Positions 1 through 11,298 of a DNA stretch of 64,000 bases are shown piece by piece. The position numbers and the translations under genes were made by a program. This DNA is from Hemiscyllium ocellatum (taxonomy: Eukaryota), in contig NC_083415.1 of the NCBI RefSeq assembly GCF_020745735.1, positions 59,882,964 through 59,946,963 of the forward strand. The letters run 5' to 3'. The notes beneath the pieces are model-generated. The model was not told where the DNA came from and searched no databases. It saw only the letters and a list, made by a program, of their open reading frames with translations. Position 1 is the stretch's first letter, and each line of letters starts with the position of its first letter.

Positions 1-509
1 CTAATGGAGACCATTTGAACGTTGATGTCTGGTATTGGCTTTCTGAAAGAGAAATAGTCCCATCGTCCACAGCTCAACAAATGTTTCCCTTTTAAGAATG
101 TGTCCACTCACTTTTAAAACTTGAATCTGCTTTCAGTGCCTTTTCAGAAAGTGCATTTTTGATCAGAATCACAATGTGTTCAAGGAAAAAAAAACTCTTC
201 ACCTTTCACTGCCAGGACTTTTTTTTAAACCTTAAATCTATGTCTTCAAGTCACCTATCCATCAACTATCAGGAATAGTTCCTTCATATTTTTTCTATCA
301 AACCCAGTCATGAAAAAAAGAAATCAGCATTCTGTCTCGCAAGAGGATGGAAGAAATATGATAACTGGATGGGCAATAAATCCTGACCTGGCCAGTGATG
401 TCCACATTTCATGAATCCAAACAAAATGTTAAGTAGTTAAGGAAAAACCAACTTGGGATTCCTACTAAAGGAACTATGCCAGGAACTCTAATTTCCAATT
501 AAGCAACAA

Positions 510-830
510 ACATTTGCATTTATACTGTACTTTAACATCTCAAAGTGCTTCACAGAAAAAATTAGCCACAAAACTCAGCCTTATGTATTAGAACAGGGAC
601 AGAAAGCTTTGACAAAGTGGCAGGTTTCAAAGGGAGTTGTGCAAGAGAGAATTAAAGAGCTGGAGAGGTTTAGGATGGGAATGCCAGACAGCAAGGCTGA
701 GGCAGCTGAAGGCAGGCTCACTCGTGGCTGAGCAATTACAACTGTGGAAGCAGGAGAAACCAGAATTGGAGGAATGCAGATGGTTGAACGGTTGGAGTTT
801 GTAATAAAGCTGAAAAAAACCGGGGCTTTC
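510..830 (-). mobile_element. Degenerate L2-type LINE 3' fragment
   Basis: Resembles the reverse complement of vertebrate L2 3' ends (ttgcatttatac...caaagtgcttcacag...gagaggtttagg...cagctgaaggca). Boundaries approximate. Confidence 0.45.
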
Positions 831-866
831 AGCCACTCAAACCACATTTCACTGAAGCTAATTTCC

Positions 867-1170
867 GGGCGGCACAGTGGTTAGCACTGCTACCTCACAG
901 CACCAGAGACTCGGGTTCAATTCCCGCCTCAGACGACGGACTGTGCAAACTCCACACGTTCTTCCCGTATCTGCGTGGGTTTCCTCCGGGTACTCTGGTT
1001 TCCTCCCACAGTCCAAAGATGTGCGGGTCAGGTGAATTGGCTATGCTAAAATTCCCATAGTGTTAGATAAGGGGTAAATGTAGGGGTATGGGTGGGTTGC
1101 GCTTTGGCGGGTCGGTGTGGACTTGTTGGGCCAAAGGGCCTGCTTCCACACTGTAAGTAATCTAATCTAA
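867..1170 (+). mobile_element. HE1-type tRNA-derived SINE (V-SINE family)
   Basis: tRNA-like head with A box (gtggttagcactg) and B box (gggttcaattcc), V-domain (tctgcgtgggtttcctccggg...tttcctcccacagtccaaagatgtgc), CR1-like tail (gggcctgcttccacactgt) ending in (taatc)n. Confidence 0.85.
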
Positions 1171-1317
1171 TTGGGGATAAGAGGGAGATTGAAGAAGAGG
1201 CAAGTCTCAATGTGTCATTTCCTTTCCTTTCATTATATCGTCATCACCAAAAATTGTTTTGTTGCCTTGTTAGCACCAGCCCACAGTTTCCGATAGAGGA
1301 TCAAGTTGAATGTGTTT

Positions 1318-2922
1318 TCAGTCGATGCTGTCTTCAGCTCTGTTGTATGCCCCAATGAGGCGAGAATTCAGCTGCACCACCACCACCGTTAGGTCATCCC
1401 TGTACGTTCTGGCCATCCCCTCAGGCAAGCTCAGCATTTTCGAAAGGCGACTGTGTTCAATGTTGCCAAACTCATTGCTGCCCAGTGCATGGCGAATCAA
1501 GTGGGTGGCAGTGTTTTGGTCTTTGAAAGCTGAGGACATGCGGGCCTTCCTCTCCAGCAGGAGGCTGTGCATCTGGCCCACTGTTACTTTGTAGCCTGCT
1601 GCAGAGATGGGCTGCTGGATGTGGAGACGGGTGAGATGCTCCCCTACAATCTGCACCACATTCTGCCTATGCATGATGTCCCACAAGCCATCGGTAGCCA
1701 AAACCAGGAACTTGTCCTGAGGCCTAAGCCTGTGATAAGTGACTTCGGGTTCGGCAGTGAGGTAAGGGGGAGTGTGGTGGTTGGCCGGGTAGCTTCTGAA
1801 GAACTCGTCGCCTGTCAGCAACTCTGGTCGGCTTTCCAGCACTTGCTTCTGGAGTTCCAAACTCCACTTGAACTTCACGTCTCCGAACGCCCTGAAAGGC
1901 ATCAGGAGACCCAGCAGCCTGTCGTGCCGCACAACCGTCTTCTCCTCTGACGCGGGATGCTCCGACCGGACCCTGTGCACCTCCTCAGGGTTCTGGGCAT
2001 TGTGACTGGTGCTCAGTGTCAGGGCCGACCAGGAACCGTCGGGATTTTGGACGCCCAGCACGGCCCGACTATCGCCAGCGTTTGCCACGTGCACGTCAGT
2101 GCCATCGATGTGTGCGACACAAGCTGTGGAGCCGGACAGAGCCACCCGAAGTGCATTGTAATTGGTGTATGGATTGCTGGCTTCGATCTGAGCTTCGAGG
2201 GAGATGTCACTGTCCAGGCGATTGAAGGCACGTTTTAAAGCAGCACTAGTATCCAGCTTCTCTTCATCTGCCAGGTCAATACATTCTTGCCAGTAAGTCC
2301 TTAAACTGGTGAAGTAAAGCCTTCCTGTCTCCCTGTTGACATAATCATTGGGATGCTTGTGCCAGTGCAAAATGGGCAACACTGGTCGCTCATTTTCGAC
2401 CGCGTCTTCTATCTCGATTAAGGTCTTGCGAGGCAGCAAGGATACAGCAATATAATACAACAATCTTTCACTGATAGCCTGAGCACAGGCATAGCCAGCA
2501 TGCCCATCGAAAACCCCCAGCAGCATCCCCCGGCTCTGTAGGCAGCTGGCTGCACTGCGCCTGTCCTCAATGGGGACATTAGAAGCTAGCTGATTACTGT
2601 CAAAGCCCAGCACGGAACTGATGTTCCTGCCGTCAAACTCTGGCACCTTGAAGCTGTACTCGTTGGTTTTCAGGATGCTGTTAATTTGTGGTAGAGTGAG
2701 CTGGTAGGACTGAGGTTGGGCTTTGTAGCTTCTGCCATGCTGGAGCTTGCTTGGCCTCCTCCGATTACCGGAGCCAGGCACAGCTTTGCCAGAGTTTCCA
2801 CTGCAACGATCCTTGGATGTCCATTTCCCAAAGTGGTTGCTCAGTGCGGAGGCTGAAAGATAGATTCCTCTGGAGTTCCCAGCGTGACGGATACGATCTG
2901 TGATGCCACTCACTCCCAACAT
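1318..2922 (-). CDS. PDP1: Pyruvate dehydrogenase phosphatase catalytic subunit 1-like (PP2C/PPM family), mitochondrial; 534 aa, single coding exon
   Basis: Uninterrupted ORF. PP2C metal-binding motifs EDRR, VFDGHAG, ANAGDSRA, LATDGLWD, YRDDLTV. PDP1-type blocks NEYSFKVPEFDG, WHKHPNDY, RLLGLLMPFRAFGDVKFKWS, TPPYLTAEPEVTYHRLRPQDKFLVL. The ORF track starts at TTG 2931; first ATG is 2922. Basic, Ser-rich N-terminus fits a transit peptide. May be a paralogue rather than the orthologue. Confidence 0.93.
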   Translation of the reverse strand: MLGVSGITDRIRHAGNSRGIYLSASALSNHFGKWTSKDRCSGNSGKAVPGSGNRRRPSKLQHGRSYKAQPQSYQLTLPQINSILKTNEYSFKVPEFDGRNISSVLGFDSNQLASNVPIEDRRSAASCLQSRGMLLGVFDGHAGYACAQAISERLLYYIAVSLLPRKTLIEIEDAVENERPVLPILHWHKHPNDYVNRETGRLYFTSLRTYWQECIDLADEEKLDTSAALKRAFNRLDSDISLEAQIEASNPYTNYNALRVALSGSTACVAHIDGTDVHVANAGDSRAVLGVQNPDGSWSALTLSTSHNAQNPEEVHRVRSEHPASEEKTVVRHDRLLGLLMPFRAFGDVKFKWSLELQKQVLESRPELLTGDEFFRSYPANHHTPPYLTAEPEVTYHRLRPQDKFLVLATDGLWDIMHRQNVVQIVGEHLTRLHIQQPISAAGYKVTVGQMHSLLLERKARMSSAFKDQNTATHLIRHALGSNEFGNIEHSRLSKMLSLPEGMARTYRDDLTVVVVQLNSRLIGAYNRAEDSID

Positions 2923-3010
2923 TTCCTTCAATGTGGGTAATCCTGATCAAGGCTCCATTAGCTTTGTCAGTATTGTGGCAGTGACGATACCTGTATGAGG
3001 GAACATATAA
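2923..3010 (-). promoter_or_regulatory. Splice acceptor and 5' UTR part of the PDP1-like coding exon, containing a 3-codon uORF (2958-2947)
   Basis: Minus strand reads tttatatgttccctcatacag|GTATCG (AG at 2992-2991, exon begins 2990), then ATG GAG CCT TGA before the main ATG. Confidence 0.7.
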
Positions 3011-3145
3011 ACATTTAGACTTAGCAGTACATTGGAAAAGTTACCAGGGTGTTGATTGTAGATAGCACTGTCTACTTCGAGACAGGAGGTCATTGTTTGA
3101 AGTCTCATTCCAGAAACATAGTTTAGCCTGACAGTCCAATGGGTG

Positions 3146-3385
3146 TTGAGAGACTGCCACACTATCAGAGGAGCTGTCCTTCAGAATGAGATGTTAAACT
3201 GAGGCCTCAATTTGCCCTCGTAATGTGATTATGAGCAATCTTAGCGTATTACTTTGAAGCAAAGTAAAGAGTCCTCCCAGTCTCCTGCCTTATACCTCAA
3301 TCAAAACAGAATCATTTGGTCTTTTATATTATAGCTTGGTGGCCGCACATTCTATATTAAAATATGGAGTGCTTTTCCAAAGTCT
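3146..3385 (+). mobile_element. Degenerate Deu-domain SINE (SacSINE1-like)
   Basis: cactatcagaggagctgtccttcagaatgagatgttaaactgaggcc resembles the Deu domain. Similar degenerate copies at ~17130-17460(-), ~33850-34140(-), ~50200-50380(+), ~59500-59810(-). Confidence 0.6.
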
Positions 3386-3639
3386 TTGTCATTGAATCAT
3401 AAAGTGAAAATGGCAGAGAAGGCCATTCCTCCCATCAAGTCTCTTACCAACTTTCCTTAGACAATCCAGTCTGTTCTTTTGCCCTGCTTTATATGGCAAG
3501 CTTATTTCCTGCGTGCCCATATAAATTTCTTTTGAAGTTATTAATTCTCTCTGCTTCCACCTCCACCACAGGCAGTGGGAGTTCAGGCATGCAGTGTAAA
3601 AGAGTTTTTCTAAAACTCCCTGGAATTTAGAAGAACATG

Positions 3640-3930
3640 GGGAGATCAAATTGAGGTATTCGAGATGATGAAAGGTATGGATGAATGGAGCAGATGCTTC
3701 CTCTCGTGGGGCATTCCAGGCCGAGAGATCACAGTCTTAGGATAAGGGGTAGCTAATATAAAAGAGAGTTGAGGAGTAACTACTTCTCCCAAAGGGTTGA
3801 GAATCTGTGGAATTTGCTACCCCCAAAGTGCAGCGGATGCTGAGTTTAAATTTGAGGAGGAGTTAAACAGATTCTTAATTGTTAATGGGTTGAAGGGATG
3901 TGGAGAGAACTCAGGAAATTGGGGCTGAGG
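3640..3930 (+). mobile_element. CR1 LINE 3' fragment
   Basis: End of ORF2 (GDQIEVFEMMKG..., ctcccaaagggttgagaatctgtggaat) and 3' UTR. Confidence 0.65.
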
Positions 3931-3941
3931 ACCAGAAAGAG

Positions 3942-4425
3942 TCAGAGTCATTGAGATGTACAGCATGGAAACAGACCCTTCGGTCCAACCAGATATCCTA
4001 ACCTAATCCAGTCCCATTTGCCAGCACTTAGCACTTATCATTCTAAACCCTTCCTATTCATATATCCATCCTGATGCCTTTTAAATGTTGTAATTGTACC
4101 AGCCTCCACAACTTCCTTGGGCAGCTCATTCCATACAAGCACCACCTTCTGCATGAAAAAGTTGCCCCTTAGGTCCCTTTTAAATTTTTCCCCTCTCACC
4201 CTAAATCTATGCCCTCTAGTTCTGAACTCCCCCACCACAGGGAAAAGACCTTGTCTATTTACCCTAATCATGTCCCTCATGATTTTATAAACCTCTGTAA
4301 AGTCACCCCTCACTGTCCAATGCTCCAGTGAAATTAGCTCCAGTCTATTCAGCCTCTCCCAATAGCTCAAATCCTCCAACCCTGGCAACATCGTTGTAAA
4401 TGTTTTCTAAATCCTTTCAAGTTTA
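3942..4425 (-). mobile_element. CR1 LINE 3' fragment (family A)
   Basis: ORF 4038-4391 MLPGLEDLSYWERLNRL...TRGHRFRVRG...FFMQKVVLVWNELP is the CR1 ORF2 C-terminus; 3' UTR matches the 13900-14110 tail. Confidence 0.85.
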
Positions 4426-7350
4426 GAACACAGAACAATACAGTGCACAGTAGGCCCTTCGGCCCTTTTATGTTGCGCTGACCAGTGAACTAATCTAAGC
4501 CCATCCCCCTACACAATCCCATCATCATCCATATGATTATCCAAGGATTGTTTAAATCTCCCTAATGTGGCTGAGTTAACTACTTTGGCAGGCAGGGCAT
4601 TCCACACCCTTACCACTCTCTGCATAAAGAACCTGCCTCTGACATCTGCCTTAAATCTATCACCCCTCAATTTGCAGAGATCCCCCATCATACATCTTCG
4701 GAAAAAGACTCTCACTGTGCACCCTATTTAATCCTCTGATCATCTTGTATGTCTTTATTAAATCCCCTCTTAGCCTTCTTCTTTCCAATGAGAACACACC
4801 CAGGTCTCTCAGCCTTTCCTCATAAGACCTTCGCTCCAGACCAGGCAACATCCTGGTACGTCTCTGCACCTTTTCCAATGCTTCCACATCCTTCCTGTAA
4901 TGGGATGACCAGAACTGTACACAATATTCCAAGTGCGTTCGCACTAGCGTTTTGTACAGTTCTGGCATGACATCACGGCTCCAGAACTCAATCCCTCTAC
5001 CAATAAAACCTAACACACCTTATGCCTTCTTAACAGCACTATCCACCCGGGTGGCAACTTTCAGGGATCTATGTACATGGACTCCAAGATCCCTCTGCAC
5101 ATCCACACTACCAAGGATCTTTCCAATGACCCAATATTCTGCCTTCCTGTTATTCTTCCCAAAGTGAATCACCTCATGTTTAGCTGCATTGAACTTCATT
5201 TGCCACTTCTCAGCCCAATTCTGCAATTTATCCAAGTCCTCCTGCAATCTGTAACATTCTTCCACACTATACACCACTTAACTGACTTTAGTGTCATCTG
5301 CAAACTTACTAACCCATCCACCTATGCCTGCATCCAAGTCATTTATAAAAAAATGACAAACAGCAGTGGTCTCAAAACAAATCCTTGTGGCACACCACTA
5401 GTAACTAGACTCCAGGCTGAATATTTTCCATCAGCCTTCTTACAGAAAGCCAGTTTCTAATCCAACCTGCTCACTCACCCTCAATCCCATGCCTCTGCAT
5501 TTTCTCCAAACGCCTACCATGTGGAACCTTACCAAAAGGCTTTACTGAAGGCTATGTACACCACATCAACTGCCCCACCCTCATTTAAGTGCTTGGTCAC
5601 CTTCTCAAAAAGCTCAGAGGTTTGTGAGATATGACCTGCCCTTGACAAAACCATGTTGACTATCTGCAGATTGTTTTTTGCTAGATTATTATAAATCTCA
5701 TCTCTTATAATCCTTTCCAAAACTTTTCCTACGACAGACGTAAGGCTCACTGGTCTATAATTACCTGGGTCATCTCTACTGCCCTTCTTGAATAAGGGCA
5801 CAATATTTGCAATCCTCCAGTCCTTAGGTACTAAACCTGTAGACAATAAGAACTCAAAGATCAAGGCCAAAGGCTCCACCATCTCTTCCCTAGCTTCCCA
5901 AAGAATCCTCAGATAAGTCCCCTGGGCTGGCTGGGATTTATCTACTTTTATTTCTTCTAGAATTGATAACACCTCCTCCTTCCTAACCTCAATCCTTTTC
6001 AGTCTAACACCCTGTATCTCAGTCTTCTCCTCAATAATATTCTCCTTTTTCTGAGTGAAAACAGATGAGCAATATTAGTTTAGCACTGCTCTGATCTCTA
6101 CAGGGTCCACACACAACTTCCCACTCTGTCTTTGACTGGCCCTATTCCTACCCTAATCATCCCTTTATTTCTCACATACCTATAGAAGGCTTTAGGGTTC
6201 TCCTTTATTCTATTTGCTAAAGACTGGCCATGTCCTCTCTTTGTTCTTCTTAACTCTTACTTTAAATCCTTCCTAGCTAATCTGTAATTCTCCATCACCT
6301 CATCTGAACCATCTCATCTTAATGTCACATAAGCTTCCCTCTTCTGCTTAACAAGAGATACAATTTCTTTAGTAAACCACAGTTCCCTTACCTTATCATT
6401 TCCTCCCTGCCTGACAGGGATATACCTATCAAGGACACACAATATCTCTCCCTTAAACTAGCTCCAATTTCGATTGTCCCCATCCCCTGCATTTTGCTAC
6501 CCCATTCTATGCCTCCTAAGTCTTACCTAATTGCAACATAATTGCCCTTCCCCTCTTGCCCTGTGGCATGTACTATCCCTTTCCAATTGCTAAGTGAAAC
6601 GTAATCTGGTTCATTAACAAGTACCAGATCCAGTGTGGCCTCCCCTCTTGTCGGCCCTTCAACATACTGTGTCAGGAAACCCTCCTAAACACACTGGACA
6701 AAAACTGATTCATTCGATGTACTTGAGTTATAGCATTTCCAGTCAATGTTGGGGAAGTTAAAGTCCCCTATAATGACCACCCTGTTCCCTTCACTCCTAC
6801 CCAGAATCGTTTTGCCAATCTTCTTCACATCCCTGGAACTTGCAGAGGCCCAGGAGTGTGACCTCTCCTCTCCTGTTTCTAACCTCAGCCCATACCATCC
6901 CTTGTCAAAAGTTCTTTCAGCCACTGTTTCACTGTCCTTGACTAACGAAATCACACCTCCCTCTTACCTTCCCTCATCTTAATGGAAGACCTAAACCCTG
7001 GAACCTGCAACATCCATTCCTGATCCTGCTCTAACCATGTCTCCAAAATGGCCACAAAGTCCCAGGTATCTATCCATACTGCAAGCTCACCTACCTTATT
7101 TTGGATACTTCTGGCATTGAAGTAGACATACTTCAAACCAGCTTGCTGTCTGCCAGCAGATTCCTGTGACTGTGAAATCCTGTCCATGTCCTCCCTACTC
7201 ATATCCTCCTGTGTACTGGAACTACACCTCAAGTTCCCATTCCTCTGCTGAGCTAGATTAAACCCACCTGAATAGCACTAGCAAATTTCCCACCTAGGAT
7301 ATTAGTACCCCTCTGGCTCAAGTGAACATATCCTGTTTGTAGAGGTCCCT
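4426..7350 (-). mobile_element. Fragmented CR1 LINE (family B), end of ORF1 through endonuclease, RT and 3' UTR, with internal deletions
   Basis: ORF pieces YFNARSIQNKVGEL (APE start), IGDFNFPNIDW, PLFKKGSRDDPGNYRPVSLTS, LQEDLDKLQNWAEKWQM, LYKTLVRTHLEYCVQFW; tail of (ttctatg)-like repeats at 4426-4440. Multiple stops and frameshifts. Confidence 0.9.
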
Positions 7351-8368
7351 TCCTGTTTGTAGAGGTTTCACAACATCCTTCTGATAGGAGGGAAACCAGA
7401 ACTGCAAACAATATTCCTGTACAGCCAGAGCAGACTTGATGGGTCAAGTGGCCTAATTATGCTCCCATACCTGATGAAATTATGAAAATCCTCTGAACCC
7501 TTACCAAAAATCTTCAATCTGTGTCCCATGTACCAAACCGATCTGTGAATGGAAACAGCTGGTCTTTCTTTACCTTATCTCAACCTGTCATCAACTTGGA
7601 CACCTGTATTCGAATTACCTTCAGGATCCTTTGCTCCAATGAGAAAATTGGCAGTTGTTCTCCATCTTTGTTGCTAAAAACTGTCATCCCAGAAACCATT
7701 CTGATAAATCACCTCTGCACTTCCTCAAGGATCCTGATATTGTTTTTAAAGTTGTTGAACAACAACGTAGGAAGTGTTTTCGTTGTCAAGTAAATTGAGC
7801 TTTCCAGAGGTCCAGAATAATTGCTTGTTCGTTGTGCTTGGAGCCTGTATTTATGAAGCCAAGACCCCAGATGCTTTGCTAATCACTCTTAACATGACCT
7901 CCCATCTCAACCATGCACCCATCCAACCCCAGCACACTGCCTCTTCTTCATCCTTCCAAAATCCATCACCTCATGCTTCTCAAATTATCAATTTTCATCT
8001 ACCACTTACCTGCCTATTCTATTAGCCTATTTCCTGTGGCAATGGATTTGTATCATTGATTTGTTCACTGTATGTCACTCATTCAAATCTTATACCAAAT
8101 TTCTATTTGTTTTGTGCAGTAGTCCCTCAAAAGTGAGGGAGACAAAGTGTTCATGGCAAGAACCTGCACACTGAGGTTTTTTTTAAAACATGGAGAAGTT
8201 GTGCACTGCAGCTGCCACACATTTCTGGCTAAACATGAAACTCTTCAACTCTTAGTGTCTGCCATATCAGAAGGATGTACAGATTAAAAATCTGATTCTG
8301 ACAGGGCTTGACAACATAGACTTTGAGAAGATATTGCCACGAGTGGAAGAATCTCAAACTAGGGGACA

Positions 8369-8750
8369 GAGTCATACAGCACAGAAACACACATTGGTCC
8401 AACCAGTTCAAGCCAAACATAATCCCAATATAAACTACTCCCACCTGCTTGCTCCTGGTCCATATCCCTATACACCTTTCTTATTCATGTACCTAACTAT
8501 GCATCTTTTAAACATTGTAACTGTGCCCAAATTCACCACTTCCTCAGAAGCTTCATTCACACAAACAACCCACTGTAAAACATTTGTCCCCTGTTGTTTT
8601 TAAGTCTTTCTCCTCTCACCTTAAAAATACACCCGCTAGTCTTGAAACCTCCCATCCTATAGAAACGACACCTGCCAATAACCTTGCCTATGCCCCTCAT
8701 GATGTAAGATCACCTCTTAACCTCCTATACTCCAGTGAAAAATGTCCCAG
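8369..8750 (-). mobile_element. CR1 LINE 3' fragment
   Basis: Reverse complement of CR1 3' end (tctttctcctctcaccttaaa...ctagtcttgaa...atgcccctcatg). Confidence 0.7.
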
Positions 8751-8822
8751 CATATAGATATAGAATAAGAGAATACTCATTTAAAACTGAAATAAAAAGG
8801 AATTTATTATGTGAGAATACAA

Positions 8823-9992
8823 CTAATAGATGCAGATGCTGGAGATCAGAGCTTAAAAATGTGTTGCTGGAAAAGCACAGCAGGTCAGGCAGCATCAAAG
8901 GAGCAGGAGAATCGACGTTTCAGGCATAAGCCCTTCTTCAGGAATGAGGATGGTGTGCCAAGCAGTTAAGATAAAAAGGTAGGGAGGAGGGACTTGGGGG
9001 AGGGGCGTTGGGAATGCGATAGGTGGAAGGAGGTTAAAGGTGAGGGTGATAGGCTGGAGAGGGGGTGGGGGTAGAGAGGTCAGGAAGAAGATTGCAGTCA
9101 AGAAGGCGGTGCTGAGTCTGAGGGTTGGGACTGAGAAAAGGTGGAGGGAGGGGAAATGAGGAAACTGGAGAAATCTGCATTCATCCCTTGTGGTTGGAGA
9201 GTTCCCAGGCGGAAGATGAGGCGCTCTTCTTCCAGGCATCGTGTTGCCAGAGTCTGGCAATGGAGGAGGCCAAGGACCTGCATGTCCTTGGTGGAGTGGG
9301 AGGGGGAGTTGAAGTGTTCCGCCATGGGGTGGTTGGGTTGGTTGGTCCGGGTGTCCCAGAGGTGTTCTCTGAAATGTTCCGCAAGTAGGCGGCCTGTCTC
9401 CCCAATATACCAGGGAAGCAACACACCACTTTGATTTTTTTGCTGCTGGCCACAGAAATGTCTGTCTGTACCTCGGACTAGAGAATCCCCTAACACAATT
9501 GATCTCTTGGAACCCGACGTACCCCTTGTTGCAGTAGACCCACTGTTGCACTACCAACTCTTTAAATACTTCAGTGGTCTAACCTCCACAACTTTCTTGC
9601 ATGGAGAACTCCAGATTGTATTCACGCATAAGGTTGTTAAGGTGAGAGTGATAGGCCGGAGAGGGGGTAATTCAACACGGCGAGACATCGAACAATTCTT
9701 CTAACGCCTTCGCCTCCGCGCCTACTTCTTCAACAAGGACTCCCGCCCACCCTCTGACGACCCTTTCTCCCACCTCTAACACACCCCATCCACCTGGACA
9801 CCTGGAGGGGTGGGGTTCAAGGGTGTCCAGGTGGATGGGGTGTGTTAGAGGTGGGAGAAAGGGTCGTCAGAGGGTGGGCGGGAGTCCTTGTTGAAGAAGT
9901 AGGCGCGGAGGCGAAGGCGTTAGAAGAATTGTTCGATGTCTCGCCGTGTTGAATTACCCCCTCTCCGGCCTATCACTCTCACCTTAACAACC
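8823..9992 (-). mobile_element. Penelope-like element (family 1): GIY-YIG C-terminus, 3' tail with hammerhead motif and N-terminal ORF remnant; centre replaced by an inverted duplication
   Basis: YIGETGRLLAEHFREH...HFNSPSH...EERLIFRLGTLQPQGMN (GIY-YIG); FNTRRDIEQFF*RLRLRAYFF...STWTP (PLE N-terminal-type region) at 9822-9955. Flanked by a 16-bp direct repeat with 2 mismatches, ttatgtgagaatacaa 8807-8822 / ttatgcgtgaatacaa 9993-10008. Confidence 0.85.
8910..8945 (-). ncRNA. Minimal type I hammerhead ribozyme motif
   Basis: AUUC-CUGAAGA-A-GGGC-UUAU-GCCU-GAAA-CG-UC-GAUU; core CUGANGA/GAAA/UH intact. Confidence 0.75.
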
Positions 9993-10215
9993 TTATGCGT
10001 GAATACAATCTGGAGTTCTCCATGCAAGAAAGTTGTGGAGGTTAGACCACTGAAGTATTTAAAGAGTTGGTAGTGCAACAGTGGGTCTACTGCAACAAGG
10101 GGTACGTCGGGTTCCAAGAGATCAATTGTGTTAGGGGATTCTCTAGTCCGAGGTACAGACAGACATTTCTGTGGCCAGCAGCAAAAAAATCAAAGTGGTG
10201 TGTTGCTTCCCTGGT
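9409..10215. repeat. Long palindrome: 394-bp inverted arms (9409-9802 / 9822-10215) with a 19-bp spacer
   Basis: Identical ORFs at 9507-9704(+) and 9920-10117(-) mirror about 9812; no mismatch in the stretches compared by hand. Confidence 0.95.
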
Positions 10216-11298
10216 GCCAGGGTCAAGGATGTCTCAGAGAGGGTGCAGAATGTTCTCACGGGGGAGAGGGGTCAGCAGGAGGTCATTGTCCACATTGGAA
10301 CCAACGAAATAGGAAGGGAAAATGTTGAGATTCTGAAGGGAGATTACAGGGAGTTAGGCAGGAATTTAAAAAGGACATTCTTGAGAGTAGTAATATCTGG
10401 ATTACTCCCAGTGCTACGAGCTAGTGAGGACAGGAATAGGAGGATAGAGCAGATGAATGCATGGCTGAGGAGCTGGTGTATGGGAGAAGGATTCACATTT
10501 TTGGATCATTGGAATCGCTTTTGGGGTAGAAGTGACCTGTAGAAGAAGGATGGATTGCTCCTGGATTGGAAGGGGACTAATATACTGGCAGGGAAATTTG
10601 CTAGAGTATTTAAACTAGGAAGATGGTGGTTGGGGGGGGGGGGGAAACTAAGGGAGATAGTGAGGAAAGAGATCAATCTGAGACGGGTACAGTTGAGAAC
10701 AGAAGTGAGTCAAACAGTCAGGGCAGGCAGGGACAAGGTAGGACTAATAAATTAAACTGCACTTATTTCAATGCAAGGGGCCTAACAGGGAAGGCAGGTG
10801 AACTCAGGGCATGGTGAGGAACATGGGACTGGGATATCATAGCAATTACAGAAACATGTCTCAGGGATGGGCAGGACAGGCAGCTCAATGTTCCAGGATA
10901 CAAATGCTACAGGAAGGATAGAAAGGGAGGCAAGAGGGGAGGGGAGTGGCATTTTTGGTAAGGGATAGCATTACAGCTGTGCTGAGGGAGGATATTCCTG
11001 GAAATACATCCAGGGAAGTTATTGGGGTGGAACTCAGAAATAAGAAAGGGATGATCATCTTATTGGGATTGTATTATAGACCCCCTAATAGTCAGAGGGA
11101 AATTGAGAAACAAACTTGTAAGGAGATCTCAGCTATCTGTCAGGATAGTAAGGTGGTTATGGTAGGGGATTTTAACTTTCCAAACATAGACTGGGACTGC
11201 CATATTAAGGGTTTAGATGGAGAGGAATTTGTTAAGTGTACAAGACAATTTTCTGATTCAGTATGTGGATGTACCTACTGGAGAAGGTGCAAAACTTG

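Noticed and set aside
867-930. tRNA genes at SINE heads (also 24976, 32872)
   Set aside because: A/B boxes continue directly into SINE bodies; no complete cloverleaf.
1310-2238. Plus-strand ORFs overlapping the PDP1-like gene
   Set aside because: Antisense shadows of a GC-rich CDS with no recognisable motifs.
1318-2922. Intronless PDP1-like CDS as a processed retrocopy
   Set aside because: Vertebrate PDP1/PDP2 natively have a single main coding exon. There is a proper upstream acceptor and no poly(A) remnant or TSD.
8895-9557. Chimeric ORFs joining CR1 ORF1 sequence to a GIY-YIG half-domain as a new gene
   Set aside because: Accidental product of the inverted duplication; non-ATG starts and both domains incomplete.
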